Both the position numbers and the translations under genes were made by a program. Below are positions 24,500 to 36,187 of a stretch of DNA of 64,000 bases, one piece after another. Within the stretch, counting starts at the first letter, position 1, and every line of letters starts with the position of its first letter. The DNA comes from Eledone cirrhosa. Taxonomy: Eukaryota. The notes beneath the pieces were generated by a model that saw only the letters and a list, made by a program, of their open reading frames with translations, was not told where the DNA came from and did not search any database. Location: positions 127,534,001 to 127,598,000 of the forward strand of contig OZ024742.1 in assembly GCA_964016885.1 (NCBI GenBank). Reading direction: 5' to 3'.

Positions 24500-25185
24500 G
24501 GGGGGTGAAGAGATTAGGATGTTTTTCAACGCGCTGACGTATATGTGTATGCGTATGTGTACGTGTGTGCATATACATACATTACAAGCAGGTAATACAC
24601 ATCTAGGACCACATGCAACACACAAGCAGGTAATACACATCTAGGACCACATACAACAAAAGGCAGGCGAAAGGGGTGGACAAACGAACCAGAGTAAAAG
24701 ATAATATCGTGGGGAGCACTGGGATCCTCTCTAATAATTTTTGAGGCAAGCCAGTACACTCACAGCGTTACCTGGGGTGATGGTGAGGCTGAGGTACTGG
24801 AACAACCAAGCGCCTTCACAAGCATCACCAGTTACCTCTATTAGGTGAGCCGCCAGTGACGATAAGAATCTCCCAGTCAGTAGCTTGACTCCCCCAAACA
24901 TCTCAAACGTCACAGGCTGGATAATGTAGTTAGCTGACAGATTACGGTATTTTAGGATTTTGTTTTGTTCAGCTGCGGATGCTGTGGCTCTCGCCCTTAC
25001 TGCTGCATCCAGGATGTGGGAAGAAGCAAAAGAGCCACTAACTGTGTTGTCCCAGACAAAGCATCTGCCTCTTGACCAGGAGCCCAGAGTAAGACCGTCA
25101 AGTCTTTTCCCATCAATTCTGGACAACCCAGACGGTTCCAAAATTGAGGGGATGTTTGCCCGGGCCAAAGCTTTTCAGTTGTAAT
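24500..25185 (-). mobile_element. CRE-like non-LTR retrotransposon 3' end (restriction-like endonuclease)
   Basis: ORF 24731-25168: ARANIPSILEPSGLSRIDGKRLDGLT..WSRGRCFVWDNTV...AEQNKILKY...PVTFEMFGG, matching the RLE R(P)DG..WD.T..E..K..KY motifs. Confidence 0.8.
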
Positions 25186-25412
25186 AGAACAGTGTGTATG
25201 TGTGCGCGCGTGAGTTTGTCAGCATTCTTAAATTAGAGACGTGTGTGTGTTATATATATGTCTGTATGTGTGTCATATATGTGCATGTATGTGTCACCGT
25301 TTTTGAGTTAGAGACGTGTGTATCCCCTTCCTTCCTTTTACACACACATACATTCACACAAACACACACACACATTTTGTGATGGACGGATGGACAGAAG
25401 TCGCTCAAATTT

Positions 25413-26470
25413 ATCATCATCATCATCATCATCATCAGGTTTAGCGTCCGTGTTCCACGCTTGCATGGGTTTGGACGGGGGTTTTCCCACTTGAGGCAAG
25501 AGTGGTTGTCTTGCTCGCATAGGACTGTCTGGCGGGTTTTCTACAGTTGGATGCCCTTCCTAACACCAACCACATTTACAGTGTGGGGCTGGGAGGTTTT
25601 TACCGTGTTGCCTACACGGCCACATTACAGCGTGGACTGTCTGGCGGGTTTTCTACAGCTGGATGCCCTTCCTAACACCAACCACATTTACAGTGTGGGG
25701 CTGGGAGGTTTTTACCGTGTTGCCTACACGGCCACATTTACAGCGTGGACTGTGTGTTTTTTGTCGTGACACCTACACGATCTCATTTGTTTCGGCCTGG
25801 ATGTTGTGGGACCAACATAACTTTACATTGAAAGGGGCGGTGTGGGTGGGGTGGAGGTGGTGGGACGGGGGTGTGTTTTGATAGAGATGCCTACTGACTG
25901 TAGTAGGTTTTTACTTTGTATTTAGGTAAGGCGGGTCTTCTCTATTACTGAGTACCGCCAAAGGTCTCGGTCCAGTGACATTGTCTTGGAGAGGTGTAAG
26001 CGTGTGAGGTCGGAATTTATCAGCTCGTCCCATGTTTTTCTGGGTCTGCCTACTCCGTGGCTACCGTCTATCTTTATTGCCCTGCACTTTGTTATACAGC
26101 TGTCGTCTTTCATGCGCATCACGTGACCGTACCAACGTAGCCTTCTCTCGAGTAAACAACATCTGATCCCTCTTATTTCTAATTTTTTCCTTAGTTCGTT
26201 TATGCTTTGCCGTTCACGTATATTACTATTGCACATCCAGCGGAGCATGCAAGCTTCGTTCCTCTCTAGTCTGCGTATATCCTCTGCACACAATGCCCAG
26301 GTCTCACTGCCATGCAGCATTGCTGTTCGTATGCAGGCATCGTATAACCTGCCTTTCATTTTTAGGGAGAACCCTCTAGCGGCTAATAGTGATATAAGCT
26401 CTCTGAACTTTTTCCATCCAGTTCTGACTCTAGCTACTGTACTTTCAGAGCACCCTCCCCCACTGCTGAT
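25413..26470 (-). mobile_element. RTE-clade LINE 3' end with (GAT)n tail
   Basis: GWKKFREL...[20 protein letters not shown]...RRLRWYGHVMR...GRPRKTW. The 3' UTR has an internal ~111-bp duplication; opposite-strand 3' UTR copies at 21936-22314 and 24196-24480. Confidence 0.88.
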
Positions 26471-26474
26471 TATA

Positions 26475-27075
26475 TACATGTCAATGGAGTTCCACTGAAG
26501 CAGCTGGAGAAGTTCAAGTATCATGAGTGGTGGAATGCAGGAGGCTGAATCAAGTGCAAGAATTGCAAAAGCTGATGCAGTAATGCACCAGCCTCAGCAT
26601 TCAGTAATCAGAAGAAGAGAGATAGGTGTAAAAGCCAAACTCGCTGTCTTCTGGTATTTCTGCCAACCCTTACTGAGGGTCATGAATCTTGGGTAATGAC
26701 CAAAAGAATACAAACGGCAGAAATGGGGTTCCTCAGAAGGGTCTTTGGAGTAACGTTACTTGATAAAGGGCAGAGCTCAGAGACCAGAGTCACTCCTGGT
26801 TGAGCCACTACTTTCCAGATTGAGAGATCACAGCTCCGATACTATGGGCATGTGGTTAGAATGTCTCAGGAAAGAATCGCTGGACAGATTTTACCAGCAA
26901 GAGACCCAGAGGTAGACCCTGAGCAAGATAGTTGGATAACATCTATAAGCTTGGCTGGTCACGCTTTGGGATCCAGCTGCATCAGTTAGAGATGTTTGCT
27001 TCTGACAGACTCGCTGGAAGGAATGTTTGAGAAGGGCTCTGCCCCCACGACCTTCTCGGAAATAAGTGGGCAAAG
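26475..27075 (+). mobile_element. Second RTE-family LINE, degraded 3' fragment
   Basis: EMGFLRRVFGVTLLDK...[25 protein letters not shown]; homologous to the minus-strand copies listed separately. Confidence 0.8.
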
Positions 27076-29188
27076 AAGATATTGTCAATTTACTTTTCAA
27101 TTTACATATCATATCTATAAGCATATAATATGCGTATAAAACCAATACGGACACTACAAATGCTAGCAGAAAGGTAGCAGAAACAGTAGTGCAGAGAATA
27201 CAGTGGTTTGCAGTATTTAGTTTAACCTATCTTCCTTCAAATTTTGCTACTTTTTATCTCTCTTGCTTTGGGGGAACAGAAACTATGTAAAATAAAAAGG
27301 ATGTTTTGGTCTTGTAGAAGATAAGGTACTCTGTAGTTTGACAATAAAATCCACTTAGTACACCTTGTAAAACGGTGTTAGGTGGAGTATCCAGTTACAG
27401 AAAATATATCAAAAATGGAATGTATGATTGGGTCATAGTCATGTGACCTCACTACGAGGGCAGTAACTCCAGATACTCAATCAATAACCCATATAAACAT
27501 GAAGATGATAATCTTAGTAAAATAAGTGCCAGTCATTTATTAACGATATCAGTCCATTACATATTTCTGGTTTTGTGCAAAGAGATTGTTTAATATTAAA
27601 ATTGTTGTAAATGACATTTAGAAGTAAAAGATTTCTCTAACAAGTTTAATTAATTAAAAATTAAACTGTTAATTAGATAGATGTTACAAGTGACAATAAA
27701 AAAAAAAGAACTTGTCTTTTACTCATTTTCTGTTTCAAAATAGTGTCTATAGGTAGATAAAGGTTTGTTGACTCCTGGTGAAGTCCACCCACTCTCTATC
27801 TCAGAACACAGCTCATTGGACTGCTATTCTGTTTATTGACTTTGAAAGGATGAAAGCCAAAGTTGACTGCAGTAGGATTTAGACAAATACCACATTTTTA
27901 ATCCAGCACCCTATCAACATAGCCAATATGTCGTTATAAGCTACCTTATAATGTCTGTAATATCTAATTAATTACTGGACCAAAGTACCGAGTTTTATAG
28001 CTTAATGAAGATTTGTTACATATTTAGATAAGATCGCCTTCTACTTAGTTCATTTTATCCAACTGGAAACTAGATAGCAAGCATTTCCATGATAGTGCCA
28101 GTAATTAGCTAGTGATCTATCCAAGATTTATACACTTCCAATGAACAGTATAAATCTAGGCTTTGACTTTATGGAATATGGTTCATAAAGTATATTACAG
28201 TGCATAGTCTTTGGAGAAAATACTCACATCAAAGTGATCTGGACATTTCTTTGGAGTAAGTCTGTTTACTCCTTTAGGTGGTTCAATTATTAACTTGTTG
28301 CAAGACGTAAAGTGAGATTGCTCATAAATTCTGAAGTCCAGGGGAGATAACCAATTTTAAGGGATAATGCTTTCTTTATTAACCACAAGGGTTTTCGTCA
28401 CTCAGATAATGAGAAGGGTCTTTTTCACATTGATAAGGATGCCATATATATATTGACTGATGTATACACTATAATACTAGTGAACTTATTCTGATAATCT
28501 GTTAAATATGGTTCTTGTATTAAAATTGAAACTCAAAGTTTTGGAAAAAACACAAAATTAAACAGTAAATAATAACTGAAATAATTTATAGAAATAATAA
28601 AACAGCCAATAAAAATATTGGTAATATGTTTTAATAAAGAAATATCTTAATGAGAATTGTCTTTCATACAGTTTCAACACCACTGACATGAGCGACAATA
28701 AATATTTGAATTTTAATACACTAGACTTTGATAAATTTAGAGAGGAAAAAACAGAGAGCAGAAAAGTTCAGTAGTTTTCATAAAAATCTTACCAAATGAA
28801 CATGTAACATAACTATAGGTTTATTAATCAGAAATAAACAATTATTGATTAAATAAAATTGTTGTACATTTAAGTTGTCTGAATAAGCAATTTAGATAAA
28901 ACAACATATATATATTGACGGTGAATTGGTAGTCATTAGAACGTCAGATAGAATGCACGTGTTGTTCATTTCTGAGTTCAACGTGGCCTTTCACCCATTC
29001 AAGGTCGATAAAAAAGCAGCAGTCTAGTACTAGGATACATTCTTCTATATCTCTTTCTTACCCTTTCCTTTCTTCCAGAGAAGAAATCTGCTATATTCAG
29101 ACCTTGAGAGGATTGAGCTCCGCCAGGTTTAAAAAAATGCTGTATATAGCACCCCCACGATTCACTCAGAAGTTATGGGAACATGCAT

Positions 29189-29245
<57 letters not shown>

Positions 29246-29432
29246 AAGTGGGGTCATGGTAGGGTGGCTAACAACCTGTAATATATAGAATAGAAAAAAG
29301 GTTTGGATTTAAAACAATTTATTATCTATTGATGCTGCTTTAAAAACTTGATCTTACTGTAATGGTTAACCTTAAAATTTCTTGTCCAATTGGAGATAAC
29401 AAGTAATCAGCATAATGTTGAATAATTCGTTT

Positions 29433-30014
29433 ACATGACAATAGTTTTCAGAAATTTAATGGTTTCGTTAAACTTCAATGTCTTCCACAAAGTTTTGTCA
29501 AAATCATTAATCTTAATACATACAATCCTGGAATCAGGCAGGCTTCATTTCTTCTTAACCTTTTTGATACCAACCCAGCTCTGGTTCTATGAAACAAAAC
29601 CATATAATAATAATAATTGTTTCTACTTTTGGCACATGGCCAGCAATTATCCCAGTGCATTACTGGTACTTTATTGACCCCGTAAGGATGAAAGGCAAAG
29701 TTAACCTCGGCGAGTTCAAATCCCACCGAGGTTAACTTTGCCTTTCATCCATACGGGGTCAATAAAGTAAAGTACCAGTAATGCACTGGGATAATTGCTG
29801 GCCTTGTGCCAAAAGTAGAAACAATTATTATTATTATTATTATATGGTTTTGTTTCATAGAACCAGAGCTGGGTTGGTATCAAAAAGGTTAAGAAGAAAT
29901 GAAGCCTGCCTGATTCCAGTATTGTATGTATTAAGATTAATGATTTTGACGAAAATTTGTGGAAGACATTGAAGTTTAACGAAACCATTAAATTTCTGAA
30001 AACTATTGGCATGT
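29433..30014. repeat. Near-perfect ~580-bp palindrome (MITE fragment plus SINE 3' part)
   Basis: 29433-29712 is the reverse complement of ~29724-30014; spacer about 10 nt. Confidence 0.93.
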
Positions 30015-30659
30015 GAAATATCTAAATGTATTCTAGAGCACTTGTGCAGTCTATTAGAGAAGGTTCCTTGTACTCTACCCAGGAAAAGTTTCATATTCAC
30101 TAACATTCTTCTGACACATCTTAAATGCAGAAAACAATATACACACATCTCTGGATCTTTGTACCAAAAAATACTGATTCATTCAGGTTTGAATCTATTC
30201 CCAATATGTTCTTGCTATTTAATTTATTAGATACCAAGTAATTAATGAGATCAATTTAACTGATAAGTATTAACAATACCTGAATGTATTTAACTATTCT
30301 TTCATACCTTTCTATGGAATCATTCCAGATTAATAAATAAAATTAAAATGAAAAAAAAAAAAAGATATTAAAATGTCAAGAAACACTAATAACTTTCAGA
30401 TTTGGTTCATTGTAAATTTTTGCAAATTGATTTTGTATTCTATGTTTAAGTAACAAAAGTATTTTATGTCAGCAAGTCAGAAAGCCACTCACCCAGAAAA
30501 AAACAAAACAAAACAAAGGAGTTTTTTACAAAGCAATTTAAGATATCATTCAAAATTATACTTTAAATTTGATGACAGACAAAGCATATATATGTAAATA
30601 AATTACAAGAAATATTTCAAGTATTCAAAATATGCAGCTGGAAAATGTTGAGAAAGAAG

Positions 30660-33600
30660 TTAACAAATATCGGCTTGTAATAAATCAATAACTGATAATA
30701 TTGATTTATCTTGATAAAAATCAGCTTTGGGATCATCTAATTTTTCTTTTAAAAGTTCATTTAGAAGGTTTCGAAGTTCTTTGAAGATGACAGCCACCCG
30801 AGCTCGTGATTTAAAAATAATCCACTTGTCAACACTCACAGTTTGTTGAACATGTTGTACAACTACATTGTGGCCAAATAGTAATAAAGGGAATGGAGAG
30901 ACTAATGTACAGTCTCGAAGATACACTTGTGATTGTTTGGTTTTCTCTTGGTATATCATATAGCCCTGTGCTTGTAATGTACGATTCACTGAGCCCGGAT
31001 GAATATATGCATGACCTTGAGGTGTCTCAGCACCACATATTCGACTTGTACCATCTGGATCTTTCTCCGAACAAACTTTTGCAATATTTGGATATAAACC
31101 AGCAAGAATGATTGCTTTAATAACAGCACACATTTTTGGATTTAAATGAACTCCATCAACTGAATTGGGATTTGTCAGTAGTTTCTCATCTTGGTGACTT
31201 AAGAATCCAATAGATTTGATGAGCTTTATAAGATCTGTTTTTACATTTTCAATTTCAAGAAGGGATTTTCTTTTCAAATAGTTTTGCATGCAGAATGCAT
31301 TTTCTGCTTGAAATCCAGCTTTACGAGCAGCTTTCCATCGAGAATAAGCATTATAAATAGTGATATGATCAGAACAAGCTGTTGATAAATTCTGCTTAGC
31401 CATATTAGCTTCAGACCTTTTTTCAAGTGGAACCACAAATGGTGATTTTCCACTTACAGCAGCAGCTATGACAGCTGCAGGTTCAAGACATCCAAACATT
31501 GCTCCAAAAATAAGCATTTTACCAATGGAAACATGTACAGGAAGTGTTGCTAAATGATGTCCAAGTGGGGTTAACACTCCTTCTTCACAGGCCCCAACTT
31601 CTTCAAGAACTATCATTGCTCTAGAGATAGATTGTAGCTGAGGTGGATCAAGTGCTAATTGGAGAAATTCTTCTGGTTTACCTAAGTTACATTTCATGAT
31701 GTGTAAACAGAGCTCTTCAAGAGCAACTCGAAGAAGTTCAGGAATAGTAAACTCACGAAATTTCAAATAATTATCTTTAGTATAAAGCCGGTAGCAAATA
31801 CCATTCCGTACTCGACCAGCACGACCAGAGCGTTGTTTAGCACTGGCTTTACTCACAAACACCTCTTCTAAGGCATTCATTCGACTTGATTCAACGTATC
31901 GATTCTCTTTTACTTTACCAGCATCAATTACATACACTACATCTGGAATAGTAACACCAGTTTCAGCAATATTTGTAGATAGAACAATCTTTCGAATACC
32001 CTTAGGTGGGGAAATAAATGCAGTACTTTGGTCTTCAGATGACAATACAGAATGAAGAGCAAGCACTTGAAACCGTCGGGAATTAGCAAATTTGCGATCA
32101 CTTTGGAGTAATTCATAGAGTTCTTGTATATTTGCCAATCCTGGAAGAAATATGAGAATGGCACCATCAGCAATTTCTCCATGAACATCAATATAATTAA
32201 GTAAGTGAAGAATCAGCTCCATATTAATTTTGTATGGTTTCATTCTAGTAACAGTCAGTCGGGTATGTTTGCTATATTTGTCTCTATCAAGTCCACTCGT
32301 GTCGATGATATCTTCCTTTGACCAATAGACATCGGTTTTCTGCTTGATTCCTCCGGCACCAGTGATTTCAACACTTGTTTTCTGTTCATCACGGAGCATA
32401 GATGCTGGAATGCAATAAGGAGAATCTTCTTCCAAAACATAATCATTCATTTCTACAACGTCCTCTAAATAGAAAATATCCACAGGGAATGTTCGACCAG
32501 GAATTTTAATTACAGGACAATGGTTGAAGTAATCAGAGAGGCGGTTACAATCAATTGTTGCACTCATTAATATCACTTTAATATCATCGCGGGTTGCAAG
32601 AAGTTTTTTAAGAATAATCAAGAGAAAATCTGATTGCACTGTTCTTTCATGCACTTCATCAACTATGATGTGAGAGACATTTTTAAAACTAAGATCAGAA
32701 TGTAATTGACGCAGCACAACACCTGTAGTACAATAAGTCAAACAAGTTGTAGGAGAGCACCTGGATTCAAATCGAATTTTATAGCCACAAAAGGTATCTG
32801 GTGAACCAGGTGGGTTTTCTCCTAGTTCTTGAGAAACCCTGTTTGCAAGACTCACTGCAGAGATTCGACGTGGCTGTGTGCAAATAATATTACAAGTTTC
32901 TCCACACAAAACCCTATCTTCAAGTAGGAAATGAGGAATCTGTGTACTTTTTCCACTGCCCGTTTCCCCAGCAATCACAACAACTTTGCTGCGATCAACT
33001 TGAGCAAGTATCTCTCCTTTATATGTAAATACAGGCAGTGATTGACGCTGATTTAAATATTGGTTATATTTCTCACTGTTTATCTTTTTCAAAAATTTCT
33101 CTTTAATTCCATTAACCTTAGATACATTAGGCTTCCGAACATCTTTTTTTCCCTTGGGCTTTTCTTCAAATGCTGCAATATCTGCTAAGAACCAATCATC
33201 GCATGTGCTATCATCACTGTTATATTCATTTGAAGGCTTTTCAGATTTAGACTTGGAGAGTGTTGGGACTGACTTGAGTTCTTTCAACAGCTTTCCAACA
33301 AGAGTGTCTCTAGGTTTGTTGTTAATTTCTTGAACCCTCTGTTTATTAATTCTCTCTGCTTCCATCCATTCTAACCATATATCTCGATAGGGAGGTGGAA
33401 GTAATTGATATATTGGTTGTCCTTTACAAAGATGATACAACAATAGTGTAGAGCCAACATGTTCAGCTTCCTTTACAGAGGGGCAGAGAATATCTGGGAT
33501 AACAGTAAGTACAGAACCATCCTTCTTGCTAATAGAAGACTTGCATTTATAACAATTTTTCATATGGATTCTTTCAAAATGAGCTAACTCACTTTTAGGG

Positions 33601-34772
33601 AGGTTTTTTCGAGTCCAATCATTAAGGAATTGTTTAGGTGATTTTCCAGTCCATTGTTGTCTTGTGTACTCAAAACTACGGCTAACTGGAGGTGACACTG
33701 CTTTCTTTTTTTCAGGCTTAGGTTTTGAAGCATCACCAATTGCCATCTTCTCTAACATATCAATAGCAAGGTCTTCTTCAATAGCCTTATTTGAGGATTT
33801 GGGTTTTGTAGTTGTTTGGGTTGGTGCTGGTGTATTTTTAGATGTACTCGAGCTGCTGTTAACCTTGGGTAACGATTTATTTGTTCCAGTACCTGAGCTG
33901 ACATTTGGTGGTGGGTTTAACACTTTTGCAGGCTGTACTTTGGCGGGTTTAGGTTCGGATTTCGCTGGTGCTAAAAGGGAAATTCCAGCAAGTTTACGAT
34001 CAAAGTCTGGATGGTTGGCCAACTCGTCCATATCCAACATCATTTGTCGAATCTTTTTAGAACAATCTCTGTGTTTTTCTTTGTTTCCAGATTTTTTTGC
34101 TTGCTCAGCGATCATTATAGTAGAATCTAAAGAAGAATTTAATTCTTTATATTTTTTATTTGGATCTATAGGCGTATTGCTATCTTCCAAATCACTGTCA
34201 GATTCTTCTTCAGCATAACGAAGAATCCAGCTTTTCACCGACTCATTTTTTTTTACTTCTTCATGCAAATCACTGTTTTGATTTCCAGTATTTTTTTTCT
34301 GTGCAGGTTTTTCGATTACATGATAAGTAGAAGAAATTTGTGATTTATCTACCTGCTCCTCTTCAAACCCTGGGCGCCTTTTTATCTCTTCTCGTTTTAA
34401 TGCTTCTGAAAATTCTGAAGGAAGATCATCATTAGCAATATTGAGACAAAGCCAGTCCAAAGCATCAACAAGATCACCGCCATATATCAGCGTGCTTCTC
34501 ATCGCAGATTCTATTTGACTGTGTTTGAACCCGGCACGAGCCAAACAAATATACATATCTGTCAGTCTTTTTGTTGTCATTCTTTCACTGACGTCTTTTA
34601 CAAGTTTTTTATTCTTTTTCCAATCAAGTATCATCGTAACTAATTTTTTTTCCATATTGGTATTTAGTATAATCTTTGGTGTAGAATCATCAGAATTATC
34701 TACATTGTCAGATTTAGTAAATTTATAATTTTTCGTTACCTTTTCTTGGTCCTTTTGTTTTTTCTTCCCCAT
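30660..34772 (-). CDS. DHX29: ATP-dependent RNA helicase DHX29 (DExH box), single-exon CDS, 1370 aa
   Basis: Uninterrupted ORF from ATG 34772 (MGKKKQK). UBA-like DALDWLCLN, dsRBD-like WTGKSPKQFL, GETGSGKS, DEVH, SAT, TNIAETGVTI, QRSGRAGR, followed by HA2/OB-fold regions. The N-terminal architecture fits DHX29 better than DHX36/DHX57. Confidence 0.92.
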   Translation of the reverse strand: MGKKKQKDQEKVTKNYKFTKSDNVDNSDDSTPKIILNTNMEKKLVTMILDWKKNKKLVKDVSERMTTKRLTDMYICLARAGFKHSQIESAMRSTLIYGGDLVDALDWLCLNIANDDLPSEFSEALKREEIKRRPGFEEEQVDKSQISSTYHVIEKPAQKKNTGNQNSDLHEEVKKNESVKSWILRYAEEESDSDLEDSNTPIDPNKKYKELNSSLDSTIMIAEQAKKSGNKEKHRDCSKKIRQMMLDMDELANHPDFDRKLAGISLLAPAKSEPKPAKVQPAKVLNPPPNVSSGTGTNKSLPKVNSSSSTSKNTPAPTQTTTKPKSSNKAIEEDLAIDMLEKMAIGDASKPKPEKKKAVSPPVSRSFEYTRQQWTGKSPKQFLNDWTRKNLPKSELAHFERIHMKNCYKCKSSISKKDGSVLTVIPDILCPSVKEAEHVGSTLLLYHLCKGQPIYQLLPPPYRDIWLEWMEAERINKQRVQEINNKPRDTLVGKLLKELKSVPTLSKSKSEKPSNEYNSDDSTCDDWFLADIAAFEEKPKGKKDVRKPNVSKVNGIKEKFLKKINSEKYNQYLNQRQSLPVFTYKGEILAQVDRSKVVVIAGETGSGKSTQIPHFLLEDRVLCGETCNIICTQPRRISAVSLANRVSQELGENPPGSPDTFCGYKIRFESRCSPTTCLTYCTTGVVLRQLHSDLSFKNVSHIIVDEVHERTVQSDFLLIILKKLLATRDDIKVILMSATIDCNRLSDYFNHCPVIKIPGRTFPVDIFYLEDVVEMNDYVLEEDSPYCIPASMLRDEQKTSVEITGAGGIKQKTDVYWSKEDIIDTSGLDRDKYSKHTRLTVTRMKPYKINMELILHLLNYIDVHGEIADGAILIFLPGLANIQELYELLQSDRKFANSRRFQVLALHSVLSSEDQSTAFISPPKGIRKIVLSTNIAETGVTIPDVVYVIDAGKVKENRYVESSRMNALEEVFVSKASAKQRSGRAGRVRNGICYRLYTKDNYLKFREFTIPELLRVALEELCLHIMKCNLGKPEEFLQLALDPPQLQSISRAMIVLEEVGACEEGVLTPLGHHLATLPVHVSIGKMLIFGAMFGCLEPAAVIAAAVSGKSPFVVPLEKRSEANMAKQNLSTACSDHITIYNAYSRWKAARKAGFQAENAFCMQNYLKRKSLLEIENVKTDLIKLIKSIGFLSHQDEKLLTNPNSVDGVHLNPKMCAVIKAIILAGLYPNIAKVCSEKDPDGTSRICGAETPQGHAYIHPGSVNRTLQAQGYMIYQEKTKQSQVYLRDCTLVSPFPLLLFGHNVVVQHVQQTVSVDKWIIFKSRARVAVIFKELRNLLNELLKEKLDDPKADFYQDKSILSVIDLLQADIC

Positions 34773-35158
34773 CTTTACAATTTGAATAAATTTATCAAGA
34801 CACAACTTCCAAAGAAAGAAAGTAGTTTGTGTTTGTGCAATTATGCCACAATAGTAATCTCCCTTGTTTAAAAAAATACTCCGTAATTTCTAAGGCCTTG
34901 AAATATAATTAACTATTATAAATAGTTTGGAGAATAAATTATTTTTAAACAAATAAGATCTTTATAAAATATTTTTTCTGTAGTACTAGTCAGGTATTTT
35001 GTATTAATTTATAATATTTATATTTAATTGCAAATTGTTTAGTTCGTTTTCCGCCTATTTAAAAGGTCATTTTATATCAACACTGAAGCCTCGTGTCGTT
35101 GCGCTAATCAACGTAGAATCCCGTAATTTCATCCTTTTCCGGTTTACCGTCATACAAG
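34773..35158. promoter_or_regulatory. Putative bidirectional promoter DHX29/RPL27 with a 5'TOP-like first exon of RPL27
   Basis: Pyrimidine start CCTTTTCC at ~35133, followed by a short non-coding exon ending CAAG|GTACAG (35158). The DHX29 ATG lies ~360 bp away on the opposite strand. Confidence 0.65.
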
Positions 35159-36187
35159 GTACAGTTCTATAAAATTTTTCCTTATCTTTATTATCATACA
35201 TCGTCTATTTATTAGAAAATATTAATTACATTCTGTGTTTTTATTATCAAATGAAGTGTCTATATTTTATTGATGCTTATATTTTTAATAATTATTTATT
35301 TAAAAGATAAGATATTTCTATAATCGTCGCGATTGCTGTTATGTCGTCTAATCGTTATAACAAATGCATTTCGGCAATATATTCATAACCTCTTTTAAAT
35401 TATAATACTACTGAATCTGAAATAGCGAGAATATTTTCTTTTCTGTTCCGCTCTGGGTGAGTAATGGCAATCTTAAAAGTATGCTTTACTCTGTGTTATC
35501 ATAAATGGAAGTTGGCTCACATGGTTAGTAAAATTCTCAAATTTGGGGAATGTGTCTGAAAACGTGGCCGTCTTCTGGAACACGAAACTACAGAATTCAT
35601 ATCACGCCACATGGATTTATCCAATTTTTATCTTTTTATCAGTTTAATTACGCTGACAAACCATTTCCCCCTCAGCTTGCTATATGTCGTGAATAAGTAT
35701 CATATCTTTAGTCGTAGTTGAATTATAAAATGCTACAATATGTATGTTGGTACTACACATAAAATAACGCTATTTCCCTTTTTTATAATGATGTACATAA
35801 CATTTTAAGAGTTATTTGATAGGTTTGGTTAAATTTTTGAAAGTGAAATTTATTTTTCCAATGATTTTTAAATGTGCTTTGAACGAATATGGCTTTCAAA
35901 AGCATCGTAAATTATTCGTCTTCTGTGGTTCTACTCGAGAACTCTCTAACACCAGTCTGGAAGACCTGTATAATAATTTACCATAACTGAATTAGAAAAC
36001 TATTCGAACTTGTTTCAGAGTCACTGTCCACATGGTTTTCATTTAACTGAAATAACGAAAGCAGCATATTGTAATTTTAAAAAGTTGTTTATAGAAACTA
36101 GCCATGTTTGAAATAATTGTATGACATTTTTTTGGCTTAATTTCGAAACAAGCGATGTACCTTTGGTGTTTGTTTTTCAGCCGAACC

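Noticed and set aside
33664-34218. 184-aa plus-strand ORF
   Set aside because: Antisense shadow of the DHX29 CDS with no recognisable motifs.
34773-34805. ORF-track N-terminal extension of DHX29 (MCLDKFIQIVK)
   Set aside because: Starts at TTG; the ATG at 34772 giving MGKKK is the plausible eukaryotic start.
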